Part shown: positions 47,466 to 61,100 of the stretch, in pieces
How the letters are laid out: every line of letters starts with the position of its first letter
How positions within the stretch are numbered: position 1 is the stretch's first letter
Assembly (NCBI GenBank): GCA_040954595.2
Contig: CM082585.2
Location: 1,178,318-1,242,317, forward strand
Source of the DNA: Balanoglossus misakiensis
Lineage: Eukaryota; Animalia; Hemichordata
Reading direction: 5' to 3'
Length of the DNA stretch: 64,000 nt
Program-made: the position numbers and the translations under genes
The notes under the pieces: generated by a model
Database searches by the model: none
What the model saw: only the letters and a program-made list of their open reading frames with translations
Told to the model about the DNA's origin: nothing

Positions 47466-50164
47466 GGGGAAAATCATTAAAAAATGACAAATTATCGACT
47501 TTGCAAAATCTCACAATTTCGTCGATTTTTGAAAAAAACCATTGGGGGAAAATCATCAAAAAATGACAAATTATCGACTTTGCAAAATCTCAACATTTCG
47601 TCGATTTTTGAAAAAAATCATGGGTGAAAATCATCAAAAAATGACAAATTTTCGACTTTGCAAAATCTCAAAATTTCGTCGATTTTGAAAAAAATCATAG
47701 GTTCGTCGATTTAAAAAAAAAAACATGGGTGAAAATCATCAAAAAATGACAAATTTTCGACTTTGCAAAATCTCACAATTTCGTCGATTTTTGAAAAAAA
47801 TCATGGGAGAAAATCATCAAAAAATGACAAATTTTCGACTTTGCAAAATCTCAACATTTCGTCGATTTTTGAAAAAAATCATAGGTGAAAATCATCAAAA
47901 AATGACAAATTTTTGACTGCAAAATCTCAACATTTCGTCGATTTTTGAAAAAAATCATGGATGAAAATCATCAAAAAATGACAAATTTTCGACTTTGCAA
48001 AATCTCAACATTTCGTCGATTTTTGAAAAAAATCTTGGGTGAAAATCATCAAAAAATGACAAATTTTCGACTTTGCAAAATCTCAACATTTCGTCGATTT
48101 TTGAAAAAAATCATGGGTGAAAATCATCAAAAAATGACAAATTTTCGACTTTGCAAAATCTCAAAATTTCGTCAATTTTTGAAAAAATCATGGGTGAAAA
48201 TCATCAAAAAATGACAAAATTTTCGACTTTGCAAAATCTCAAAATTTCGTCGATTTTGAAAAAAATCATAGGTTCGTCTTTTTTTAAAAAAAAAACATGG
48301 ATGAAAATCATCAAAAAATGACAAATTTTTGACTTTGCAAAATCTCACAATTTCGTCGATTTTTGAAAAAAATCATGGGTGAAAATCATCAAAAAATGAC
48401 AAATTTTCGACTTTGCAAATTCTCAAAATTTCGTCGATTTTAAAAAAAAACATGGGGGAAAATCATCAAAAAATGACAAATTATCGACTTTGCAAAATCT
48501 CACAATTTCGTCGATTTTTGAAAAAAATCATGGGTGAAAATCATCAAAAAATGACAAATTTTCGACTTTGCAAAATCTCAACATTTCGTCGATTTTTGAA
48601 AAAAATCATGGGTGAAAATCATCAAAAAATGACAAATTTTCGACTTTGCAAAATCTCAAAATTTCGTCCATTTTTGAAAAAAAATCATGGGTAAAAATCA
48701 TCAAAAAATGACAAATTTTCGTCTATGCAAAATCTCAAAATTTCGTCGGTTTTTGAAAAATAATATGGTTGAAAATCATCAAAAAATGACAAAATTATCG
48801 ACTTTGCAAAATCTCACAATTTCGTCGATTTTTGAAAAAAATCATGGGTGAAAATCATCAAAAAATGACAAATTTTCGACTTTGCAAAATCTCAAAATTT
48901 CGTCGATTTAAAAAAAAATCATAGGTTCGTCGATTTAAAAAAAAACATGGGTGAAAATCATCAAAAAATGACAAATTTTCGACTTTGCAAAATCTCACAA
49001 TTTCGTCGATTTTTGAAAAAAATCATGGGAGAAAATCATCAAAAAATGACAAATTTTCGACTTTGCAAAATCTCAACATTTCGTCGATTTTTGAAAAAAA
49101 TCATTGGGGAAAATCATCAAAAAATGACAAATTTTCGACTTTGCAAAATCTCAAAATTTCGTCGATTTTGAAAAAAATCATAGGTTCGTCGTTTTTTTAA
49201 AAAAAAAACATGGGTGAAAATCATCAAAAAATGACAAATTTTTGACTTTGCAAAATCTCACAATTTCGTCGATTTTTTAAAAAAATCATGGGTGAAAATC
49301 ATCAAAAAATGACAAATTTTCGACTTTGCAAAATCTCAAAATTTCGTCCATTTTAAAAAAAAAACATGGGGGAAAATCATCAAAAAATGACAAATTTTCG
49401 ACTTTGCAAAATCTCAAAATTTCGTCGATTTTGAAAAAAACCATTGGGGGAAAATCATCAAATAATGACAAATTATCGACTTTGCAAAATCTCACAATTT
49501 CGTCGATTTTTGAAAAAAATCATGGGTGAAAATCATCAAAAAATTACAAATTTTCGACTTTGCAAAATCTCAACATTTCGTCGATTTTTGAAAAAAATCA
49601 TGGGTGAAAATAATCAAAAAATGACAAATTTTCGACTTTGCAAAATCTCAAAATTTCGTCCATTTTAAAAAAAAACATGGGGGAAAATCATCAAAAAATG
49701 ACAAATTTTCGACTTTGCAAATTCTCAAAATTTCGTCGATTTTGAAAAAAACCATTGGGGGAAAATCAACAAAAAATGACAAATTATCGACTTTGCAAAA
49801 TCTCACAATTTCGTCGATTTTTGAAAAAAATCATGGGTGAAAATCATCAAAAAATGACAAATTTTCGACTTTGCAAAATCTCAACATTTCGTCGATTTTT
49901 GAAAAAAATCATGGGTGAAAATCATCAAAAAATGACAAATTTTCGACTTTGCAAAATCTCAAAATTTCGTCCATTTTTGAAAAAAAATCATGGGTTAAAA
50001 TCATCAAAAAATGACAAATTTTCGTCTTTGCAAAATCTCAAAATTTCGTCCATTTTAAAAAAAAAACATGGGTGAAAATCATCAAAAAATGACAAATTTT
50101 CGACTGCAAAATTTCAAAATTTCGTCGGTTTTTGAAAAATAATATGGGTGAAAATCATCAAAAA
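47466..50164. repeat. 78-bp satellite, block 4
   Basis: Same monomer with right-domain variants (CTCACAATT, CTCAACATT, CATTGGGGG). Confidence 0.98.
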
Positions 50165-50898
50165 TAGCGTCAAGGACACTGTGGTCCCATTTAAACAGTG
50201 GAGTACGGAGATGAGGGGTGCCACAGTAGCAGAGGTAGGTAAGGCATCCAGTGTCTATTTTGCTGAATTGGGCAGCATACTGAAATTCAATGTTTAAGCA
50301 CGAAAGAAGGGAGCAGGCAGTGTACGTTTTCTGTAGTTTAATTATAAATCATGTAAAGTAATAAATATAACAATGGGAATGAGTTGTGTTGCATATAAAT
50401 TGTTTTAAAGAAATGAAATTGAATGACGCAATAAAAAATGTAATGGAAGCAGTAAAAAATGTCAAAGTAAATAAAGAGAACAGTAACAAGTATAAATTAT
50501 GTTGAATGGTACAAAATACTAAAGAAATGTTAAATATAAAATGTATCACTGAAGAACGTGTAAACTGAAATAAAAAAATCATTGGAAAAAATGTCTAATT
50601 AAATGAAGCAGTCAAAAATTGTCTAACCTAGGGGAAAAAAACAGTGAAAAATGTCAAATCAAGTAGAGAAATGTGAATGTCACATAAAAAAAAGGCAAGA
50701 AAGAAAATGACAAACTGAACAAATAACTAAAAGCATGTGAAATAAAAAGAATGTGTCACTAAAAAATGTCTTCAAGTGTAATAAAAAAAGCAGGGAAGGA
50801 AATGTTATAATGAATGAATGGAGGGAGCGCTGGTAAAGTGTGTAATCGGGAAAGGGTTGTGGAATGGAGAGCAAATGAAGGCAGTACGTTGAAAAACA

Positions 50899-53352
50899 CT
50901 AGTTTTTGAAAGTGGTGATGGTGTTGGCAGAGTTGGCCTTAAATTGGAGCTCGCGTCCATCGCAGATGTCGGTGACGGCGTCCTGCAGTTGTTTCTGGGT
51001 GGTGTTGACGGGGTTAATGGAGAATTTTCTGAGTAAATACTTGGTCTCCTTTGGGTAGATCTTGTATGTGTCAAGGTCATCACCGGTTTGTATTAAGAGG
51101 GAAAGTATTGTGCCTGGTCTGCAGGATGGGCTTTTATTCTTTCTGCAGAAACGACATCTGAAAGAAATGAGAAATAGGCAATGTTGAAGTTGGTGGAATA
51201 AATATGTTGATTGCTGGCTGATGTGGAAAGGGTGTAACATGCAGTAATGTGGAAGAATATAAGTATTGAAGTAAAGTTGAATAAGGGATGTTACGGATGT
51301 CATGTGAATATTTAGTTGTAAGGAAGCCAATTGGATTGTTGGGATATAAGGAAGAGATGTTATTGAGTGGCTGTGCACTGGTAAATTTTTCCAGCGGAAT
51401 GGCTTATGTCTGAAAATGGGACATTGCATGAAAAAACTGCTATGTATAGCTCAGCTGGTGTCTGCACACAAGGTATTGAGGGGCTGGTGGTAAGTGCGGA
51501 TGAAGAGGAATTTTGGATTACCTGTTGCTGTCATTGAGAAATCCATTGCACCGAGGCGCATCTGCACATAAGAGAACTCTCTGTAGATTGGAGAGCCCTT
51601 GTAATGTCCCGGTTGTCCAGTTTGAGCTGTCATCGGAATCCGCCGATAAGGTGTCTGTAGTGTTTTGGTGTGATAGGGTTTCATGAGCCTGAAATAGAAT
51701 TAGGGAAAGATTAGATTACCTGCGTGTGTTTTTGATAAATGAAGCTGTGGTTCGTGTGTCTGGAAATGTAGATGCTGAATTGGATGTTTGAAGAACTGAA
51801 TAATGACAACAGCGGATAATATATGTTGTCTACTATTATGTTGAATAATGTAGCTCTGAGGAAGAAGCTTTGATTGCAAAACAAAGTACTGAACGCATTT
51901 GGAAAAGTGGAAACGAAAGTTTGGAATAGTATTGAAATGTTACTTGTGGATTCACTATATGTTGTCATGGGCAAAGAAAAAGAAATGTGAATATTGTAAT
52001 GAATTGTTTGAGCAGGGAATACAGGAAAAACAGTGGACAGTTTCAGTATAGTCAAGTTGTTTGTAGTGAACATAATACCTGAAAACGAAAGGGGTGGTAC
52101 CAGGACAATTTCCTGTTGGTATACACTGTATAGTGTATTGTATTGACTGATCAGTGAAGTACTTACCGATACTGATATTGTGGTGGATTGCCTGGATGTG
52201 AGGCGGTTGTTGAACGAGGCAGCTTTCTTCACATTGGTAATAGTTATAACATCACCAGTGGTGAGCTCACACTTCGTAAGATCTCCCCATACGGTTAGTT
52301 TGTACACCCCTGAGCTGTCTCCAAGTCCAATAGTTCTGCGTGGTAATTTGCCGTACCGGGTGTGGGTGGCTTTGGTGTTTTGAACCTAAAAGACAGAAGA
52401 AGTAATAAACAAATGGAAAACGGTAAAGAGTGTACCATGAGGTTTGTGAGATGAACGGTCGGGAAAAGGTGAGGTGGGGGTAGAAGTCAATAGGAAACGG
52501 ACCTTTCTACCCTTCGAGGTCGATAGGGAACGGACCCCTCTCCTGTGCATCGAGGGATCTTCACGACGTGGAATAGCATTGCATACGCGGTTGTTCGGTG
52601 TACGGTACGTGACCAGCTGTGGTGAAGGTCGTGTAACGTCGGGAAAACGAAGACGGTCATTGTATATATGGGTAACAGAGGAGTGAATGAAGTCAATAAA
52701 GCGTAAGCGAAATGTTCGTGATCTTGTGGAAAACACGACTACGTCAATTAAAGTAACGTGTTGGTGTTGATTTGTGGCAGAGTTTATTCGTGACAATGGA
52801 AGTGGGCGGGTAATCCGATTACGTGAGATTGTTGTTGGCCGCGAAATATCTAGGGCGAAAATGGGTGAATTGTGAAATGAGTGAGCATTTTAAGTGTAAA
52901 CTTACCCTTACTACAGTTCCTGATATGTTGTGATAATTGGTGTTGTCGGCAATTGCTGCGGCCATAGTGACAACAGCAGCAGTGGGTGCTTGCTCTGTCA
53001 TGCGACAGCGAAGTCCGTGAGCCTCGGTTGCGACACTTTCAGGAATGTTGAGGTCCACCCTATTAACAGCCAAGGTGGAGCCTTGGTTGATGGAAATCCC
53101 GTTGGAACGCACGTAAATTTTCGGACCAAGAAATAGTGTACTTCCTTCATTTGCTCTCAATAAAGACAACGTGTCTTCTCTGGTTGACCAGATATACAGA
53201 GTGGTGGCAGCGGTGTGGTCTGCCACCACAGCCCGTTTAAATTTTTCGTTGGTCGAGGTATTTTCATAGTAGATTAGTTTAACTTGAGTGGTAACATCGT
53301 GGTAGGTGTTGGTCTCTTTCTGGCTTAATTCTTTTAGTGTTGATTTTGGCAT
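50899..53352 (-). CDS. RPA1-like ssDNA-binding protein (OB folds plus C4 zinc ribbon); 4 exons: 53352-52906, 52385-52167, 51688-51522, 51157-50899; 363 aa
   Basis: GT-AG introns (donors GTAAGT, GTAAGT, GTAATC; pyrimidine-rich acceptors) join in frame. The product has OB-like motifs RAVVADHTAATTLYIW and ISGTVVRVQ...RTIGLGDSSGVYKLTVWGD, and CADAPRC-x9-CRFC assembled across intron 3. Confidence 0.75.
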
Positions 53353-54689
53353 CTGTACGGAAGAAACAAAGGTGAAATTATAAGACTGTGGTTTCACGAT
53401 CAGTGGTTGAATGTACATGATGGTGGAAACTATATCATCAAGGGGAAAACGCCAAACGAAAGGATTAATAGATTGGCATGTAGTTGCCACAAATCAGACG
53501 TGAGGGTCTCATCAGCGATCAGGTTTGCATTGAAAGTTTCAGAATGAAGAGTCTCTGGTAGTTGATGTTCAAATGAAATTACCAATTGTAATGTATCGAA
53601 GAATTCACACGGGTCACCAAAAACTTTGAAATGGGCGCAATGAGTGCTGTTAACTGGAGAACAGTAGTACAAGCGTATTGTTGAAAATGAGACACGGCGG
53701 ATGTTTGCGCCAATTGGCAAAACTTGTTCGTGTGTTGCGTCAGTTAACAGTTGCGAATGTGTGTACAGCTTTTTTGGGGGAAAACTGAACGACAGATTTT
53801 GTAATGTACGGAGAGCAGTGCATGGGCCGAGCTTTGCAGACGTAATTGTCTGGTTATGAATATTCCAAAGAGAGCCAATTGGCGTACCGATATTTTGTTG
53901 ACGTTGAACGAAACGACAGTGGGGTGGTAGGTCAAATGGTGGGGCTTTGAAATGTCCCGCGGTATTTGACCAATGGAGTTGGCTTTCACTGTAGATTAAG
54001 CACCCGTGAATTTTTCGTACACAGTGTGGCATAATGAACCAAAGCAAGGAAATAAAAAATAAAGTATAACTTACTGTGTGAGTGTGGTACTTGCGGTGAA
54101 CTAGACTGTGTGGATATAGTCTGTGCGGCTTGTTGTTCTGGATGAAAAAGGTGGGAAAGTGTGGTACGATGACCGATGTGCGCTGGAAAGTTGAAAGCGA
54201 CGCGATGTTGTAGTTTCAGGAGTCAGGGAGCGAATGCGGTGAGCTCGCAGAAGTGTATGAGTGGACTTTCCGAAGACGACGCGTGAAAAATTTAATAATT
54301 GACGGACACAATGGATTTGCACCAATAGTAATACACAGAAATTGCCGACAAAGACAGTTTCGCAAAGGAACACGTGTGTATTGTTTACAAATATGACGTA
54401 ACCGCCAGCGTGCAGATGAAAACAGAACGTGTTTACATGTTCAAAGCCAAGGAAGTCGATTGCTCCAGGGTTCTGAAAAACATTTCCGGTTGTGCATGAC
54501 CGACAGGATGTTTGTTCGTAATCTGTCAATGTGATGAGATGTGTACCACATGTTAGCAATAAAATGGTGCCGTTTTGGTGTATAGGGGGAGATACCGATT
54601 ATGTAAATAAACTGGTAATGTGACAGGGCAGTTGTCATTGCAATGATGGACACAGTAATGTTGTTGTCAGGTTGTTTTCATTAAGTGTG

Positions 54690-54960
54690 ACAGCAGCATG
54701 TATAGTTTTGACCAAATGTTTTTCAAGGTGCCACTTTTGATATGTGGTATATTGGCAAGTATAAGAACTAATGCAAAATGGTAGTCTGTTGTTTCTTCAT
54801 TAAGTTGTTGACATTTCAAAGTACCCATTGCTGTGGGTGGGCAAAGATATGTCACCATTGAAGTCCCCGATAATGAACACTGGTTTATTGACATAGATGA
54901 AATCTAGCAGTGGTGTACTGTCCTTTGTGAATGTTGTACGTTGGCATGTTGGTACTGACA
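54690..54960 (-). pseudogene. Degenerate, frameshifted second copy of the endonuclease C-terminus
   Basis: KPVFIIGDFNGDISLP and CQQLNEETTDYHFALVLIL...TLKNIWS lie in two frames and align by eye with KPILIMGDFNFDILLP and CRQLIKEETTDQHSALDLIF...TIENSWS of the main ORF. Confidence 0.75.
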
Positions 54961-55116
54961 CTTGGTAATAATGGTTTGTGGTGTAGCAATAATTGCACAT
55001 ATTGACTCATACATGTATGTAATATGGGAAATAAGTGTATTTGAAATCTGCTGTTGTCATTTAATTCTTATGTGTTGTCTTTTATGATTATGTCTATAAT
55101 CTAACACTGATTAATT

Positions 55117-58100
55117 TCAAGTGAATTGGCTGGGGTGAATGGCTGCATACACGGCCTTGTGATCAGACCATGAGTTTTCTATTGTGTCATAGGTAGTTGT
55201 GAAGAAGTTAAGAAAAATTAAGTCCAGAGCAGAATGCTGATCAGTTGTTTCTTCCTTTATTAGTTGCCGACAGTTACAAATTGATGTCATAAAGTGGAGG
55301 AAAGCAGTACTGGTATTAGGTAGTAGAATGTCAAAATTAAAGTCACCCATTATTAATATTGGTTTTGTCAAATCTAGTAGTGGCAGGAGATACTGTTGAA
55401 ATTGTTGTTTGAATGTGTGGATTGTGCACTGAGGGGATTTATAGATCATAATGATTTGAAGTAGTTTATTTTGAATTAGGATGTTGGCTTTTATAAATTC
55501 GAACACTTTTGTTGAATGGCACTTGATATGAATCACTTGATATGAATCTTTGACATACAATACAAGACCATGATAGGGTCTTGTGAAATTTACAGCAGTG
55601 TTGTCAATATGCACATCTTGGTCATTCCTGAATAGTAGATAATTTGGGAGATTGTAGGCTTCATTGGTATCATTAGTTGTTAATCTGGATTCAGCAATTC
55701 CGATAACATCAGCAGCAATTATATTGTGGTCACTGCATAAATCTGCAAAATGTTTATGGAGTGATCTAGCGTTTTGATATACTACTTTGCAGTGGTCATG
55801 AGGGAGGGCATATAATGGTTTGAAGCATAATTGAAGTTGGCTGTCATCACGGAGTCTTTTCATTTCATTGTGAACTGCTTCAGATATTGCGATTTTATTT
55901 TTATTCAACTCCAGTATCTGAAGTCCACTTATTGTACGCACTCTACTTATTGCGACATAATGTATATGGTCAATTTTTCTTGTACCCATATGGATTATTA
56001 CCTTATCAAGTGTATCACCCTGAGATTTGTGAATAGTTTTTGCAGCAGACGGTCTAAGTGGAAATTGAATTCTCATGACAGATACATGTTTGTAATATTT
56101 ACTGGTAGGAAACTGGCGTTTAATGTCAAATATTGGAGTCAATTGTTTACCAATTTCTGGTTGATGCAAATGTTTGTATTTATGTCTTCTTAATAGACCA
56201 ACATTTTTATCATCAAATTGAACCCAAATTATACTGGGGCGGTTGTTTGATGTTCCTGTCATTCTGTGGTCTATTTGTTGCACTACACAACTGGCACCAT
56301 TTGTCATACCATCCTCAACATCAACATTGGCAGTGAGATCATATCGCAGTCCAACAGCTATAGGTGCTTGTGATAATAAACCGCATGTTTTGGATGGATC
56401 TTTTGGAATGGTCTTCAAAAGCTGTGCTTTCACTTGTTGTGAGACATCACCAATAACTGTGTCCAGTGCTGGTACAACAAGTTTATGGGATGTAGCATTT
56501 TGGTAAACTTTATCATTATGTGACTCTACCATTGCATTGGTGGTGTATAAATGAGGAATGGACTCGTTGAGTGGTTGATCATGAGATATTACATAGTTTT
56601 GCAATTCAGAAATATCTTCATCTGTGTGCCTCCCTTCTCTCAATCTATTCAATAGTTGAGCAAAGTCTTCATCATCTTTCTGTCTCATGATCTGTGTTAG
56701 TTCATGCATGGTGAAATGTTCTTTCCACAGATTAGTTGCTAATGGGCCATACTCTTTTGTTAGGTCTTTGAATATCCAGCCATCCATTACTGGTTTGAGT
56801 TGAAATAAATCACCAACAGTTATCATTGAAACACCACCAAATACTTGATTGTTACCTTTTATTTGTTGAAGTCGGAGATTTATGAAATTTAAAAGCTCAT
56901 GGCCTACCATGCTGATTTCATCAATGATTACAACTGATAAATGTTGATATTTACTTCGCAAAGTATTAAGTTTATCGCTATCCAGTGGTTTGTATTTATA
57001 ACCTTGACTTGCAGGTACTTTGAAAGCTGCATGAATAGTACTACCATTGATATGATAGGCTGCTTTACCAGTTGGCGCACATAACAATAAACGACAGTCG
57101 AGTGGTGATTCACCAGCAATTGAACACAGATAGCGATGTAATGCCTGATATATTGCTCGGATTACAACTGACTTTCCTGTACCAGCACCCCCTGTGATAA
57201 ATATATGCATTGGATCATGATTTGTCTTGACTGATTTCAAAACATGATGAAATATTTCCCTTTGTTTTACATTGAGAGATCTCACAAGTTTGTGATATTG
57301 TTCATCAGGGATACGTCCTGGGACGTTGCTGGTGTCATCAGTGGTGACAGTCGTATTCATACCAATGTCAACACCTATATCATAAGTGGTATGTTCTGGT
57401 TGGTCATCAGGTTGAAAGTATATGAAATGATCATTTGGTGTAGTAGTTCCTTCTTCTAGATCATCTCTCTCAGCATGTTGCGTATTTGGAGCAATCTGAT
57501 CAAATGCATTTAAATCATCATTATCAAGTTGCTCTGCAGCTGTAGTGGCTTGATCTATCAACTCTGAATTATGTTCATACTTATCTATGGTTTGTGCAAT
57601 AATGTGTTTGTTATGATTATAAGATTCTTGAAAGGTGGCACAACTGTTTAGAAGGTCAGAGCTTTCATTTCTCCATGGCATGTACAGCAACAATTTTTCA
57701 CGACAGTAATTTTCATAGTCAACTTTCTTACTATAATTGACATAGCGTATTATACACGGATTTACACGTTCTTGTATTTTCATACCATTTTTGAGAATGA
57801 TATTTATTTTACTTGTCATATTGTCAGATTCTGAGTCCACACCTAAATCAGGGTCATCATGATCATCATCATTTATATCTTGTGGATAATTATCAGTGCA
57901 TTTGGTTGAATATGTGACTCTAAGTTTAGATGCATAATCTGCAAGACACCAATTTTCTAATGCTTTTGGCCGTCTAGCATAACGTTTGATTAGATTGTCA
58001 CTTTCTATGTCAGTAGATTCTGCTGGTGTATTTTCAAGGGCAGTTTTGCTTTTGAGCAGGAATGTTCTTTGATCAGGTGGTGATGTGTTTATAAATACCA

Positions 58101-61100
58101 CTTGTCTTGTAGCTTTAGTAAGTGACAACTGCAGGATGATGTAAGCAGCCTCTTGTGCACTGATTTCTACATTGTTAAGGAATTTATTTCCAATATGTCT
58201 GACCTGTGCTTTCAGTTCCATATTGCCTTTTCTGGCTTCTTTGCATGCTTGGTCAAGTAATGCACTCATGCCTCTTTGGGATTTACTGATATAGGATACA
58301 ATGTACATGGCACAGGCGTATGGATCTAAAACAAACTGTAGATCATGATTTGCTCCCCATGCAGACAATAATAATTTCATGTAGGCATTGACACGTAAAT
58401 CACTTGGTTCTCTTTTGAGAAATATTGTGGTAGTTTTGAGTGAACTCTGAATGCATTTTATGTATTCATCATGACTGATTTGCAGCTCAGTAGATAGGAA
58501 GTCATCATATGATATTGGTTTGCCTTCTTTCATATCATCCAGTTTTTGTTTGATTTCTTCATATTTCTGTTTGTAATGTTGTTCTTCATCTGGATCAGCA
58601 TTTAATGGTGAGAGAATCATTGTTTCTGACATAGGAGGCATTGGGTATCCAAAACGACATACAGGTTTGCCTTTTACTCGGCATGTCTTAGAGTGCTTAT
58701 GTGTCTGCAGATTCAATACTTCAGCCATTTCACTTGGTACATTGGAAGAACAAGATACATATATGTCAATGAAATCAATCACTTCTGTTGGTGTGTTTTG
58801 TTGATAATTTGGTGCATTCTCAATCCACATTAGCATATGGATGTGTGGTGAGCCACGTTGTTGAAATTCCACTCTGTAGAAGTAATCAGTGATTTTGCCC
58901 AATGGATCACATGGACCTCTAAGTACTGTATTGATGAATTCATGAATTCTGTGGTCAAAGAAACGAGCACATGTCACTGGGTCAGATTGAAGTAACCTGG
59001 ACTTTGTAGCCCAATCCATGGCTTTAAGTTCATCAGCAGTATATTTCTTACCATCTACAAGTGTACCCAGTATTTGATGTAAGTCAATCCACTTTGTGTC
59101 AGCACTAGACAGAGAACAAAACCATGTTGGTAAACCAAGTTGTCTAATCATTGCAAATACATCTTTCTTCCTCTTTTCTAGATAGGGTGGTGAATTGCGC
59201 AAATCTCTGAATATGTAAAATCCGTCATCAAGTCTAAGTAAATCACTTACTCTTTCTGGATTTAATAAATCTGCAACTTTGTAAGTTCTGCCTTCAGTTT
59301 TACATCGTCTCAATGCAAGGTGGACTTTACTACTGATCTGTTTTAACTGCAGTTTCTTCACTTTGAAAAACATATTTGGTACAGAGTTTGCAACGCGTCT
59401 ATCAACATTACGCAATTCCCATTTACAAACATCACTGTAATGTACATTTGAGGTGTGGATTTGATCAATATTTCTGCGTTGTCCACAGAATATAGTTGGA
59501 AAGGCTAGATATTCTGCATCTGTATCATTGAACAGACTAAGAGGGCGTTGACCTTCACCAGGGGCAAATGTTAAAATTTGATTACGATAATCTGAATCAT
59601 CAAGTAAAGTGTCCATATTAGCAACAGCTCCCTCTGCTGGATCAACCTCACTGAATTTATCAGAATCAGAATCTGATTCAGATTCAGGATCATCAGCTTG
59701 CTCTTGTTCAGTGTTTGTATTTTCAATAAATACAGCCATATCATTATCTGTGTTTTCAAATTCCTGAGACCAGTTGTGATTAATTAGAATACCTGAATTT
59801 TGGTACAAAACACTGTTTTTCATGAGCCACACAAGTGCTGCCATCACTTTATTTGGTCGAATATTTTCTGTAAATTCACTTCGCGTGTACGATAGTTTTC
59901 GTTTCAGTTTGACTGGTATAGTAGCTGAATCATCTAGCATTCTTGGCAGAGCATTAACAGTAGGGGTGATATCTGTTGGAATATTGACTACCGGACCAGA
60001 TAATGACCTTTGACCTCCACGTGGCAAACTGCACATATGCATGAATGGAATTCTGAGTGCTATCAATCTTTCTTCCAAAGGGTGCAACTGTAACTGTGGT
60101 GGAATATCAGGGAAATTAACATTATTAGCTATAGACAATCTGGGGATTTTACCAGCAGATATGGATCTGTAGCATGTGTTACACACCCACTCTATATTGT
60201 CAACAGAAGTGTATGCAGTCAAACATTTTGATGCAATGCCTCGTTCAGATAATTTGGCAGCAGGAGTAACAGATTTTCTGAACCAAGTTTGATGACATGA
60301 TGAGCAGACATAGACAGGGCCTTGTGATACAGTTCTATGAAATATATTTATGCATGCCTGCAACGATTCCCCGCATAATTGTCGGGTCTCAAAACCTCTA
60401 TGTTTGCTAAAACCATTGTGTGTAACATGTTGTTTTTTGTCAATTTGAAATGTTTGAATTTTTTCACTGCATTTCACAAACTTCTTTTGTAAGTTTTCTT
60501 TTTTTCTGAAGTTTCTATCCTGTCTCTTCATTTTTCTGTAGATCTGTTGCTTTTTGTTTTCGTGCTCTTTGAAGGTTTTACTTTTGCGTGAAGTCTTGAT
60601 ACGTGCCTGTGACTGTATTTTCTCATTTTGTCGAAATGTGGAATTTTGACGCAGACTTTTAATGTGTTCTTTCAGTTTTGGCTTTTCTTTTTCTCGGAAT
60701 GCAGGATTTTGACGCAAAGTTTTAATGTGTGCTTTAAATTTCACCTTTTCTTTCTCTCGGAATGCAGGATTTTGACGCAGAGTTTGCTTGTGTGAGTTTA
60801 ATTTCACCTTTTCTTTCTCTCGGAATGCAGGATTTTGACGCAGAGTTTGCTTGTGTGAGTTTAATTTCACCTTTTCTTTCTCTCGGAATGCAGGATTTTG
60901 ACGCAGAGTGTTAATGCGTGATTTCAATTTGACCTTCTCTTTCTCTCGGAATACAGGATTTTGACGCAGAGTTTGCTTGTGTGAGTTTAATTTCACCTTC
61001 TCTTTCTCTCGGAATGCAGGATTTTGACGCAGAGTGTTAATGCGTGATTTTAATTTGACCTTCTCTTTCTCTCGGAATACAGGATTTTGACGCAGAGTTT

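Noticed and set aside
598-50075. Dozens of MGENHQKMTNFRLCKISK-type ORFs
   Set aside because: They arise because a 78-bp unit has a stop-free frame; A-run indels break them at random. They are not genes.
50340-50810. A-rich region with recurring AAAAATGTC and short hydrophobic ORFs
   Set aside because: Low-complexity 3' region of the Helentron with no regular period or protein motif.
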